Positions 1 through 11,134 of a stretch of 64,000 nucleotides of DNA are shown piece by piece; within the stretch, counting starts at the first letter, position 1; every line of letters begins with the position of its first letter. A program made the translations under genes and the position numbers. A model generated the notes under the pieces. The model was given only the letters and a program-made list of their open reading frames with translations. It was not told where the DNA came from and searched no databases. Location of the stretch: positions 11,222,001 to 11,286,000 of the forward strand of contig CM060732.1 of assembly GCA_030704615.1 (NCBI GenBank), in the 5' to 3' direction. This DNA is from Takakia lepidozioides. Lineage: Eukaryota > Plantae > Bryophyta.

Positions 1-380
1 CGGACTTAGTCTGACGGTTCATAGGACGGTAGTCCCCACACATCCTCCTTTCTGTCCAATTGCCATAGATATCCTTCTTAGCTGGCACCGTTGCCGAGGC
101 ATACTCCCCGCTTGACAACTCCACCAATCCAGCTTCGAACAACTCCATAGTCCGTGACTGGATCAAAGACCTCTCCATATCACTATACTTGTAGGGCGTT
201 CGAAAAATTGGCGTGTCACTTGCCAAATCAATTCGAATCTCCTGGCCTTTCAAACTCCCCAAATCCTTCAAACCGAAGGCAAAGTAATTTCTATAAGCCC
301 TTAGAAATCGCTGGATCCTCCGCCTCTCTCCTCCGGTGACTATAGGTCCAACATCTGGTTCCCAGCTGTCCTTAGTGACT
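1..380 (-). pseudogene. N-terminal part of Ty3/Gypsy reverse transcriptase
   Basis: Minus strand 1-110 reads EYASATVPAKKDIYGNWTERRMCGDYRPMNRQTKS, matching the Ty3 RT start (SP..V.KK....R.C.DYR.LN). Confidence 0.85.
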
Positions 381-799
381 GCAACCTTGGGTACACCAAG
401 CTTGGAAGTAGGAGACGCATCCTTTGGTTGCTAGATAGCAACCTCTTGGGCTTTATCCGCCTACCCTGACCGTGGCGTAGCCTCTACTTGCTCCGCCATA
501 GCCACCTTGAGAACATCCTCTGGGGAAGAAACGTTCTCAACCTCTTCAAAAACATTGGCTACCTTGGCCTCCAACTGATTATCAGTGTATGGCTTTCCCC
601 ACTCCTCATACTGCTGCTTGAGAGATCCAATGACTCTCTCTCTTTGCGCATCTCATCCCACTTCTGCCATGGGTGTTTGCACCCCATGATCCTGTGCTCG
701 CCCCCACTTACTGCCTCCACCGTCCCGGTTGGCAGAGATGGTGCAATATCCAATGGAAGTGCAGAAGTAGCCACCAATGCTTGCAATCTCCGTTGCTCA

Positions 800-1725
800 G
801 CCATGCACAAGCCAATGACCCATATCAAGCAATTGAGATCCATTGCCTGACCCAACACCTGGCGTCGTGATGTCTCTTACAGAGCTGACACAGCTGTAGT
901 GCCCCTGGCAAATCCCATTGCCCGCTCTCGCTCATCCGCATTGGGCTCCACCAATTGCTATAGCACACTGTCCCAAATCAACCCAGGACCATTGTCTCGA
1001 AAAGCATGAGACAAAGGAAAGCTCATGAGCGTAGGCAAGGCTGTACGTGGCTACCCTACTCGATTTACCACTCCCTCTGTGGTTGCCTCCCTTGGTCCAA
1101 AATGCCCTCAACTGTGAGATTGGGGGGCCGTTGAATGGAATCGTATGCTCTCTTGAGCAGCTCTGGTGGTGCAAGATTGGTCCACCACAATCGAGGTTGA
1201 TGCGCTCGTGATCCCACCGCTGCTGCATCCAATAGCACCGCCAATCCAATCCAAGACCGCACCTAATGCACATTGGCCATAACCCTGGCCCGAGAGTCCC
1301 CCATAAGAGGAACATTCTCCAAGATATAGGCTAGAGGTTGCACTTGTCTCGTCTGCAAGTCACGCAACACTCTCAACATCTCAAATGCGATCGTGCATCA
1401 TGCAAGCCATTCCCATGACCTGCGAGAGAGTGTCCTTGGCAAGGCCATCCAGCTATCACCAAGTCAATGGCACCATGTCGGTCCAAATCATCTGCCCCCA
1501 GCAAGGTAATGTCTACTAGCAAGGCCTTTTGATACCCTTGAATTGATGAGAGAGACAACAACTCATGATACCGGTGTGTGAGCAAGGCGATGTGGCGCAT
1601 AGAAATACGTCGAGCTATCTCATCCTTCTCCACATACAAGTACTTGCGTACTTTAATCCCAGCTTGCAACAGTCCTGCAAGCCCAGTGCTCATGCCTCCA
1701 AACAGATCTAGCAAACAAATCCTTG
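800..1725 (-). pseudogene. C5-cytosine DNA methyltransferase domain (Dnmt3/DRM-like) embedded in the retrotransposon pol
   Basis: Motif I DLFGG (1694-1708), II YVEKD, III DI, IV GWPCQ (1436-1450), VI ENV (1311-1319), VIII PRLWWTN (~1178-1198), X RRQVLGQAMD (~838-867). Interrupted by frameshifts and a TAG at 1263-1265. Confidence 0.92.
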
Positions 1726-1857
1726 AGTCAGATGGTTGCCAGGTAATGGGCACTGTGTCCAAAGGAGCTAACTGAGGAGGTCCAGGTGATGTCACTGAAC
1801 TCCCCTCACTCATCAATGGAAAGACCTCCTGCCATGCTTGGTGCACACTCTCGCCTG

Positions 1858-3252
1858 CTACTCGCTGCAAATTCCCAACCGTACCCCACAGTGGAATATG
1901 CACAGGCACATGAGGAAGCAACTCAGCCTTGTATGCCAGTTGCTTGTCCTCATCAGGTGGTGGCCTATCATCTGCATGGCTATTGCCCTCCAAGAGCTCA
2001 CCACCCCAAGCCACCACCCTGAGAATGCAGCCAATGTGGGCATCATGTTCTTATGATCCACCGCTACATTCCCAATAAAACGCACTGGGAGCAGTGCACG
2101 TCGGCCATCTCCTGACTGCCACTCCGGCCTGTAAGATGTCGTTTCCTCCCAAAAATCCAAAGTAAATCCCATGGGGTACAACACAGCCCCACCAACAAGC
2201 ACATCATAGGACATCGCGTCCGTAACAATGGCTTTAGCTTTCATGACTGAGCTGTCCGTATGATGATCCGGCTGCAATCGAATGAAGAGCTCATGGCGTG
2301 TAATCCCTCGCGCCTTCTTTGAACCGCCCAGAGATGTTTGAATTTGGAAAGGACAAGGCTCCAAATCCGCCTCTATAAGGCCCAAGCCTGCAATTGCTGC
2401 TCTCCCCAACATCAATGGCTGTGCTCCTAAGTCCAACAAGACCCGCAGTGGCCTATATCTCCTCTCGGTTGAGCCACCCAATTGAAACACTCCATCCTGA
2501 TTGTCCACCAGGACTACCCCAGGAATCACCATGTTGCGCTCAATGGCTGGCCTAGCTGGCAACTCCTGCAACCTTGCAGCTGTCGTTTGCCATGGCGTAG
2601 CTGTGGCTGACTTCACCCTCGAATCCAAAGCATCCATAGACTGCACCTTATCTGCTATCTCCGCAGATAGTGCCGATGCATCACCACTCTCACAGAGTCT
2701 AGCTACTAGTCTGAACATAGCAGCTGGCCGAATCCCCGACATTGCAATGGTCATTGCAGAAAATAATGGAGCTTGGCAAACCGCCATAGCCGCCCCCAAC
2801 AATGTACTGGCTGCACCTTGCTTTGCAGCACCACCCATTGGCATTTCCCGAGCCACACCAACTCTCCCCAATGAAACTCGTGGCTCTACCTCTGACACAC
2901 TTGGGCGAGCGGGTGCCATTGACGGCGTAGGTGGCACTGTATCAGCCAATGTAAAGGATTGTGGAAGCCTTGTCTGACGACTTGTTTCTCCCCTTTGTGG
3001 ATCAAAATCCACATCCGCTCCTCTTGGCTCAGGAGCACGCGTTGCTGCTCGAGTGACAGCAGCAGTAGAATCCAATACATGCAATGGCCCTGCAAGTGCG
3101 GCTCCACACATGAAGCCCATAACAATCCGATCTTCCCTAGGCATGGGAGGTTGCGCAGGTGGGGCTTGAACCTCAAGCCTTGGAGCTGGCGCAACATGAG
3201 TAGTGGCCATGGCAACAAGACGTTGCTCTAGCTGGGCAAGTCTATCCACCAT
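1858..3252 (-). pseudogene. Retropepsin-like aspartic protease region of pol
   Basis: RVLLDLGAQPLML (catalytic Asp codon 2431-2433, a D-S/T-G variant) and downstream YDVLVGG. Confidence 0.8.
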
Positions 3253-3324
3253 GCCTTGGCCATGACCTTGACCCTGACCCTGTGCTCCTTGGTTTTGGTT
3301 ACGACCTCCACCCCGACCTCTGCC

Positions 3325-4431
3325 TCATCTACCTCTCTGGACTACATTGCCTCGTCCTCGGCCACCATTGTTCCCCTTGAACTGGCCTGGCCATAGCTTA
3401 GGATGCAAGCCATAACAATGGGCCTCGTCATGCCCATACTTTCCACAATGCCCACACTGTAGTTGTGTAGGCTGTGCCTGTGCCGGCCCTTTGTCTCTCT
3501 CCGGGCAATCCTTCTTGACATGGGGTCCTCCACAATCCCAACAAGTCACACCCGACTGTTGTTGGCCTGAGAATGAAGAAAGAGACCTCTGCATCTGCGA
3601 TCCTCTCTGTCCTTCCCTCGGCTTCACTTGAGCCCCCTTGTTGCCTTGAACACGTTGGGATAGTGGTTGTTGTTGGCTAGGAGCCCCACTTCGTTGTGTC
3701 TCCTTGCCAAACCCTACCATAACCACTTGCTCCTCTACCATATTGAGCTCTATCCGCTCTACCAGCAAAAACACATTTGCTAAGGTGGGTTGGTCCACTC
3801 GTACGAGAGTTACATCCCGCACCCTTCTCCTCAGCTCCTTGTCCAGGATCCCATACCAGAACTGGACTGCCTGAGCTTCTGTAACCCCTTGGGTTACGTT
3901 TATCAAGCGCCTCATGCGACTCCTCAACTCCTCGAAGAACTCCACAACTGGGTTAAAGGCAGGCACGGGTGCTGGTGCTGCAGCAGGAGCTTGAGTGGAT
4001 TTCCCAGCTCCTGTACCACTTGTCCCACTACTAGTGCTTGCAGTTGGAGATGTTTGTGTAGCTGCTGGTGTCACCACTGCCTTTGTGCCTCTAGTGATGG
4101 AGACATAGTTAGGTGACCAATACTCTCGCCACTCCTCAATCTCCACCGCATGTCCCCGCCTAAATTCATGGTAATCATCCATGGGCGGCCCCTCAAGGTG
4201 CTGGAATAGCCCCTTCCACGCCATAAATGGCGTAAACAATTGTGGATTGTGCATTTGCTGCAAATCACACCAACTGTCAAACTCTTGTATGAAGTCATCA
4301 AGCTCAATGGTGCCCACAGCTCTAGAGTACCTACGTGGCCCCTTGGTAGCTCCATACATCTCCTCCATTGTGTCCCACAACAATGGCACGGCAAAGCAGA
4401 GTCCTGGCGAGCACAGTATCAGCCAGAACAT
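3325..4431 (-). pseudogene. gag: Ty3/Gypsy gag
   Basis: ORF 3325..4431 has two zinc knuckles, CWDCGGPHVKKDC and CGHCGKYGHDEAHC, and a G/R-rich tail. It is out of frame with the protease ORF. Confidence 0.85.
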
Positions 4432-4914
4432 AGATGTCGTGCTCGAGTAGAGGCTCAGATAAGGTCTTCTGGGCCCAATGCTTTCGATTAAACCGGCGAG
4501 AATCCTCCTGACTCCGAGTCTGAACCTTCCTCAGAAGACACTGAAGGTGAAGGTGGCCTAAACCGCACACCTTGTCTTGTGTACCCACTAGTATCGCTGG
4601 TGCTCGTATCGGCACTCCCCTCAGCAACTGGTGGCACCACCGTGATGAAAACTCACAACCCAACCGGTTGTCAACCTGTCTCTAAATTTCCCCACTTTCC
4701 ACAAGGTAACTGCGTAGGCTAGTGGTTCAAGCAGGAATAATAGGTTTCTAACGTAGACCTGTACCTGCACCTGCATCCACCGCAAGCACTCCTATGGTCT
4801 GCTGGTCATCAACCCAGCCTCACCATAGAAGAAACACTGGTGGTCTTGCTGGTCATCACTCCAGCCTCACCACCGACAGCATACTCTAGGATTGGCCGGT
4901 GATCAAATCCAGAC

Positions 4915-5225
4915 CAATCTCCTATAAAAAGTCCGACGCATCTGTATGAATCTCAAACGGACGGTCGAACTCCGGGATTTTCAAGACTAGAGCTTCCGCC
5001 ATCCGCTACTTCAACTCGGCAAAAGCTTGGCCACAAAAGGTTTTCCATACCCATACCTTGAATTTACACAGAAGGTCTGACAGCGGCCCCGTGATCTTGG
5101 CGAAATTTCTCACATACTTTCGGTAATATGAGGTGAGTCCTAGGAAGGATCGACTCCCGGAACCAAAGTCAGAGGCTCCCAGTCCAAGATCGCCCTCACC
5201 TTTCTGTCATCTCCATTGGAAGAGT
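4915..5225 (-). pseudogene. Ty3/Gypsy RT-RNase H connection fragment, separate from the DNMT element's own pol
   Basis: KVRAILDWEP ... GLTSYYRKYVRNFAKITGPLSDLL ... PEFDRPFEIHTDASD. It lies upstream of gag, so it comes from another copy or a rearranged piece. Confidence 0.8.
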
Positions 5226-8100
5226 GAGACGCAATATGGGTGTATGGGTGTGCGAGTGAATGTTGAAAAGGCCTACATACCCTTGGGATAGAGTTGGTGA
5301 CTTCGTCCTGGGAGAGGAGAGTTTGGAGGACTACCCCACTCAATTTTGGGTGAATGTCCATTCTAAAGTGGAACCCGGCTCGCGAAAAGCACCCGGAGCC
5401 AACACATTTCTGTCCAGTATTATGTGTGCACCATCCTCAGTCCTTTTGACGTTTCATTGCATGTCTGTTGTCATTTTTTGTTTCACGAGTTCTCTGATTT
5501 TATGCTTCCTCAAGTCGTTGGATATCGATTTTGAATGTTCTGTCCAGGTATCAATGCTGCTACGGTCCTGATGACAAGCGCACCAACAAGGCAATAGTGG
5601 AGGATCCAAAACAGAAGCGTGGAGGACCTCTTGTGGGTGCTGGAACATCTTGCCCTCATAAAGGCCCAAAGAGAAAGAAGTCGGAGTATGGAGAGTCTTA
5701 CAAACGTGGTTGCCAATGCTGTTTCAAGGTCCAGCAATGCTATCTCACCCCTGACATCTGTGTCCTCACGTACTACAACAACATGAAGCATACAGATGCG
5801 TATGGGAAGTCCGCAGAGTTCAGGAACACCCGCCACGCCTATGCACCACACATTAGAATTGAAAGCCTGGGTCGTCGAGTGTTTGTGCCGAGGCCTGTCG
5901 GTCGCCCAAATCATGATGGAGCATAAAGAGCACGTGATGAACAACACCGCCTTGGGCGATGCATGGACCCGCGATGATTTCTTGTTGGAGCATGATGTTC
6001 GCAACCTTGCCGAGAAACGTGCGTGGCAAACCTTCAAAAAGCACGCCGATGATGCAGAGAGTGTGCGCATGTGGAGAGACCAGAATCCTGTGTCCGTTTT
6101 TTTCTATCAAGAGGAGAAATTAGAGCCAACATTCGAGCATTTTGATGGAGATTTGACATTCACTATTGGCATACAGACTCCGTGGCAGAAACGACGAATG
6201 CTGGAACTAGGACATGACCGTATCGTTGCATGTGATGCAACCTTTGGGAAATCATGACAGGGTACTATTCGAACGATTCCATGGACTTGTACGAGCATGA
6301 TAGCATAGCACCATGCAACATTCACATAAAATTTGGTGTGCTGACCCTTTCTGTATGTTTTCATGTGTACGTTGCGGAAGACCGAGGGGCAGACCCATTG
6401 TGAAACGTTGCAGACCTCATCACTCTTATGAAGTCTTCTCGTGCAGAACTGAGCGGAATTTGCATGCTCTGACCATCTTACATTGTGCATTCCAACAGTT
6501 CCCATTGTACACGTTGATGGTCTTCGACAAGTGGTTGAACGGTATACCAGTTGCCTATATCCTATCCGCGAGGAATCGGACAAGAGACCTGGTTCCGTGG
6601 ATGAGAGCCTTGCGCGATTCACTCCTCGCAGATTTGCCGAGGTGGCGACCCAATGCCTTCATTGTGGACGATGCCGAAGCAGAAATCAACGCTATTCGGT
6701 AAATCTGTTGGTCCACAGCACCGGTCCATTGTCAAGGTCCACTGCAGCAGTCCATTGCTACAGTCCACTGCATTACTACAGTCCACTGGCAGACTCCTGT
6801 GGCGAAACCCGATGGCAGTTCGCTGGGCAAATCCACTGGTAGTCCGCTGTCAAGTCCGCTCATCAGTCCCTTGGCAAGTCCGCTGGTAGTCCCCGGCAAG
6901 TCCGCTCGGCTGTCCGCTGTCAAGTCCGCCGCCAAGTCCACTCAGCAGTCCCTGGGGTCGGCCGTCCGCTGCCAAGTCCACTTGGCAGTCTGCTGTGGCA
7001 GTCCAATGGGGCAGTCCGCTGATGCAGTCCGCTGCCCCAGTCCTAGCTAGGGGAAGTCCAATGGGGAAGTCCAATGGGGTTATTCCAGCACATCAACGTC
7101 ATGGCATTGTACTGTCCATTGGGCGAGTCCAGTGGCTCTGCCCGCTGATACAGGTTGCTGTTACAGTCCACTCCGACAGTCCACCATTGCAGTCCGATCC
7201 CAAGACTCTAATGTGTACCATGTGTGTTGTGCAGAATTGTTTTTGAAGGAATACTCATTTTCCTCTGCCTTTGGCATGTCCGCAAGGCATGGGTGAAGCA
7301 ATCATGCAAGAAAACGAAGGATCCGGTGACCGCTGTAAACTTGTTGAAGGATATGGGAGACCTCATGTGAGGGGGACCACGCAACGAGAAAAGAGCGCTT
7401 CGGTGGGTTGCAAGGACAATCCGTCGTATGAGGTCAAAATACCCGAAAGGACATAAATTTCTTGACTATATCGAACAGTACTGGAAGCCCAAAATAGCAA
7501 TGTGGTGTATAGCAGCCCGCCATGTCCCTCATGCGAGCCAAGACACAAACGCAAGCATTGAGGCATACCATGGAAATCTGAAGGCAAGACTTGCCATGGG
7601 GAAAGGCAAGATGAGTGGTCGTAGAGTGGACTGGATTATATGGGAACTCATTGGCCGTGTGCTAACACACTACTGGTATGCAATCCATTTGAAGACCCAC
7701 GGGTTCATAAGAAATGACAAACACGAAAAGTACATATCCAGTTCTATACTTGCGGCACGAGACATTCCTGCTGAGAGTGTTACTCTTCCCTTGGGTCCTG
7801 GTGAACCAGCCTACGTTCTCAGCAACAACCACCCCGGCACAACATACATTGTTTACAATCCTGATTGCGATTGGGGTTGTTGCACGTGCCCATGGGCAAT
7901 GAAGGGAAACTTATGCAAGCATCAGGTCCGTGTCCTGAAGATGCTTCACCCTGACCTGCAGGATGGCCTCCTTGTGTGCGCTTGTGGCACGGCGCTGGGA
8001 ACCATTCATGGAGGATTACCTAACTTGCTCTTGGGCAGTGGTGCTGGCGTTTTGCAGAGAACCAGCAAGATGGTGTCTGCACCTGCACCTGCAACACATA
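5225..8100 (+). pseudogene. MULE-derived transposase with C-terminal SWIM zinc finger (multi-exon, frameshifted)
   Basis: IPWDRVGDFV; KRGCQCCF; GIQTPWQ...ACDATFG; FPLYTLMVFD...GIPVAY...FIVDDAEAEINAI; LCLWHVRKAW; TNASIEAYH; SWIM CTCPWAMKGNLCKH. Introns at about 6261-6498 and 6699-7234. Confidence 0.88.
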
Positions 8101-8104
8101 TATA

Positions 8105-8370
8105 CTCGAAAATTCGCAAGATTTCAGGTCGTGTAGATGTCGCGAAGAAGACAATATAAGTCTGCAATGCCTCGAAAAGAGTCAAGGTTTCACGTCCTGT
8201 AGGTGTCACGGAGAAGACAATATAAGTCTGCAATTCCTCGAAAAGAGACAAGGTTTCACGTCGTGTAGGTGTCACGGAGAAGACAATATAAGTCTGCAAT
8301 TCCTCGAAAAGAGACAAGGTTTCACGTCCTGTAGGTGTCACGAAAAAGACAATATAAGTCTGCAATTCCT
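8105..8370. repeat. 66-bp tandem repeat, about 4 copies
   Basis: The anchor ACAATATAAGTCTGCAAT recurs at 8151, 8217, 8283 and 8349. Confidence 0.95.
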
Positions 8371-9012
8371 CTGGTAGCATTGTCCCTTTCTGAAATACAA
8401 GTCCGCAATGGACTAATGCACAGTCTCCCAACGGACTCCTCCACTCTCCCAACTGACTCCCACACAGTCTCCCAAGCATAGTCTCCCAACGGACTCACGC
8501 ACAGTCTCCCAACAGAGTCACAGTCAACAGACTGCGAGCACCAGTAAGCCAGTCTGCTGGTCAGTCTGTTGCCCACTCCAAAAGTCTGCTCACCACACTT
8601 CCACCTCATCCCTGCAACTCTTCCAGCAGACTGCTGGACAGACTAAGTCTCAAGCAGACTCATCCACAATAGCAGACTCAAAATGGACAGGCTCCAGTGG
8701 ACTACCTCCCTAACGACTCATGCCAATCCTGCGTCCCAGCGGACTCATGGACATGGTGCCTACCAGACTAGGTACCAGACCCACCAGTCCTAGCCTCGGC
8801 AGCGTACTGCTCGCACATTCAAGCTCAACAGACTCAGGTGCATAGTGCATGGAAAAATTGACACCATTGTGTCCATTGAGTTTAGTTACAACATTACAAA
8901 ACATGCCAGCACCCACAGTACACAAAAGTGCTCATCACCACTGGAATAGTAAGCGAAAAGACTCGCATTTTTTATTTCGGTACATAGACTTCATATGACA
9001 AGTACATCATAC

Positions 9013-11105
9013 TCATGAGAGCAGTTTCTCTACATTGTCCAACCCCCGCACGATATACTGGGCACACTGCATTCGCTGCCCAAGTGCAAACTTGAAAGTA
9101 AACCAGTCCTTCATGAAAGGTGTTCCTCTCTCTGGCTTTGCAGTCTTGGAGACATTTGCTCGTTCTTTTACGCACTCATAAAACACTTGAATGAATGACA
9201 TTACGTAAAAGCCACACTCCCAGCTGAATAGTTGCTGGGGCACATCAGGCGCGTGGAACTGAAATGCTTGGACAATCTCCAGGCACTCTGGTGAGTCCAT
9301 CGAGTACCCTAAGCACTCAGCATGAAGCTTCCGAATCCACCCTAGAACAAAGGGACATTTATGCAAGTCCCGCCTAGAGTTAAGGTGAGTGTAACAGCCC
9401 TTGCGGAGGTCGATGATACAAACACTCCAGTGCCCCCTGCAATGGTATCAAACAACATGGCGTCATTGCACAATCATGATGGGCAGACTCAGCAGACTGA
9501 CACTCAGCAGACTCAATCTTCAAACCCAGTCCACTGCACAAATACAGAGGTCAACTTAAGGGGTTCAAAGTCAAGATGACACTGCGAAACCAGACTATGA
9601 CTCAGGAGACAGTCTCAGCAGACTCGGAAGAGTTCTTACTCGTCCCCAATTGGCACCAAAATGAAATCGCACTCTTTCAAGTCCTTGCCCAGTCGTTCAA
9701 TGCTGAGGCAACTTTTCAAGACCTCCAGAAGGCTTTCATGTTGCCCCTCCCCCAATGACTTCAACACCATCCACGTCGACGTTGGAAAAACAACAATAGT
9801 GTTGGTGAACGCAGCCTCAACCGACTTCTCATAGAATCGACACCACAGCTCCAAGAGTCTATCTGTGCACTCCGACTCAACCTTCTGGAGCGCCTTTATG
9901 TGATCCGGCGACACTCCGCATTCAAACCGTTGGTCCCCTTCAAAATACATCAGCATGGAATTACCCGCCGCCACGTGCAGAGCATGTGCTTTGCCAAACC
10001 GAGCACCCATCCTGCACAAAGCAGACCATCCTTCGGGAAGCCTCATGTACTGAACAGACTGACGTCAACATGGTACCAAACACTCTATAGGCTGAACAAT
10101 TCATCCGACTGACAAGACTAACCACAACAGACAATGATGAAACCAACAGCAGACTGACCACAACAGAGCGCAAAGCACTTAACGACAAAGACAGACGAGG
10201 AGACTGAGCACAGCACTCACTTGTGCTGCTCCAGGAAACGACCCACATCTTTGTCCATGTCCAAGGCCAGCTTGCGGTTCTTGTTCATAAAGACGCTAGA
10301 CTTTTTCTTTGCCAGTCTGTTGGTACTCGGACCCTCCTCGACCTCCTCAGCATGATCCACGACAGTCCGCTTCTTGGCTTTGTCTCTCCCCTGGGAAGCA
10401 GGGACAGCTGTAGGTGGGCTGGATGGAGCAGACAAACGCAGCGCTACCGCCCTACTTCGTAACAGAGGCTGGTCAGCAGGTTTGTTTACACTTGCTGGAC
10501 CTGTCTTTGCAGCTTCGTGGGTCGCATGCGTAGAACTGACCCGCGCATCGGGGGGCGTGCTCACCCCACACCTTTGTTGGTTGTCGATCCCACGTTTGCA
10601 GCATGGGCGGAAGATGTCATGTCCTCAGAAGTAGACTGTCTGCCGACGGAGGGACGAACATCCTGTGAGGATACCGAGCAAAATGTCGAATTAGCCCAAT
10701 TTCACAATGTGCTAAAACATAAACAACAGTGCTGAAAGAGGAAATGGCACAACCTGCCCAAGGGGTGAGGGAGCAGACTCCATGTAATCCAGCGCTATAC
10801 CACACCACATCTGCGCCGCATGTGGTTCATTGTCAGTGTGCCTGCCACCATGTTCAGTCTGTTGCTCAATGTGGGCAGTCTGCTCGGCCGCCGGTTCTTC
10901 GTCAGAGCTGAGCTGTGCAGTCTGCCGCTCCGAGCCATCCTGGTCAGTCCTTCCATGTTCAGTCTGCGGTTCAGTCTACTCATCAATGAAGACAGTCCGC
11001 TGCCCCGCCACAGGTTGCTCGGAAGTCCTTCCATGTGTCCACTGTTCAGTATGCTGGTCAGTGTGGTGGACAGCCAGCTGAGTGTTCGGATCTCCATGGA
11101 CTTGG
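9013..11105 (-). pseudogene. 3' half of a Ulp1-like (peptidase C48) SUMO-protease gene
   Basis: Splicing out intron ~9437-9638 joins DFILVPIGDE to GHWSVCIIDL (catalytic His). PQQLFSWECGFYV supplies the Gln and Cys. The 5' side ends at the CACTA TIR. Confidence 0.85.
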
Positions 11106-11134
11106 CACTACAAGAGATGAGCGTTTTTAGGACT
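11106..11134 (+). repeat. CACTA terminal repeat 1
   Basis: CACTACAAGAGATGAGCGTTTTTAGGACT, preceded by TGG. Confidence 0.9.

Larger units (their letters stand above)
1..4900 (-). mobile_element. Ty3/Gypsy LTR retrotransposon (decayed), order gag-PR-DNMT-RT, running off the left edge
   Basis: Minus-strand gag with two CCHC knuckles, aspartic protease motif, C5-MTase motifs and the start of a Ty3-type RT. The 5' boundary and LTR could not be defined precisely. Confidence 0.9.

Noticed and set aside
800-1725. Host DRM/CMT/MET1 gene
   Set aside because: No UBA, chromo or BAH domains, no introns, unpermuted motif order, and collinear with gag-PR-RT.
4620-4660. Primer-binding site and 5' LTR boundary of the Ty3 element
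   Set aside because: A TGGTGCC follows CATCA after a short gap on the minus strand, but without the second LTR or a tRNA match it cannot be supported.
6700-7234. Ser/Pro-rich ORFs (6799-7050 and others)
   Set aside because: They lie in an intron made of CAGTCC-type micro-repeats.
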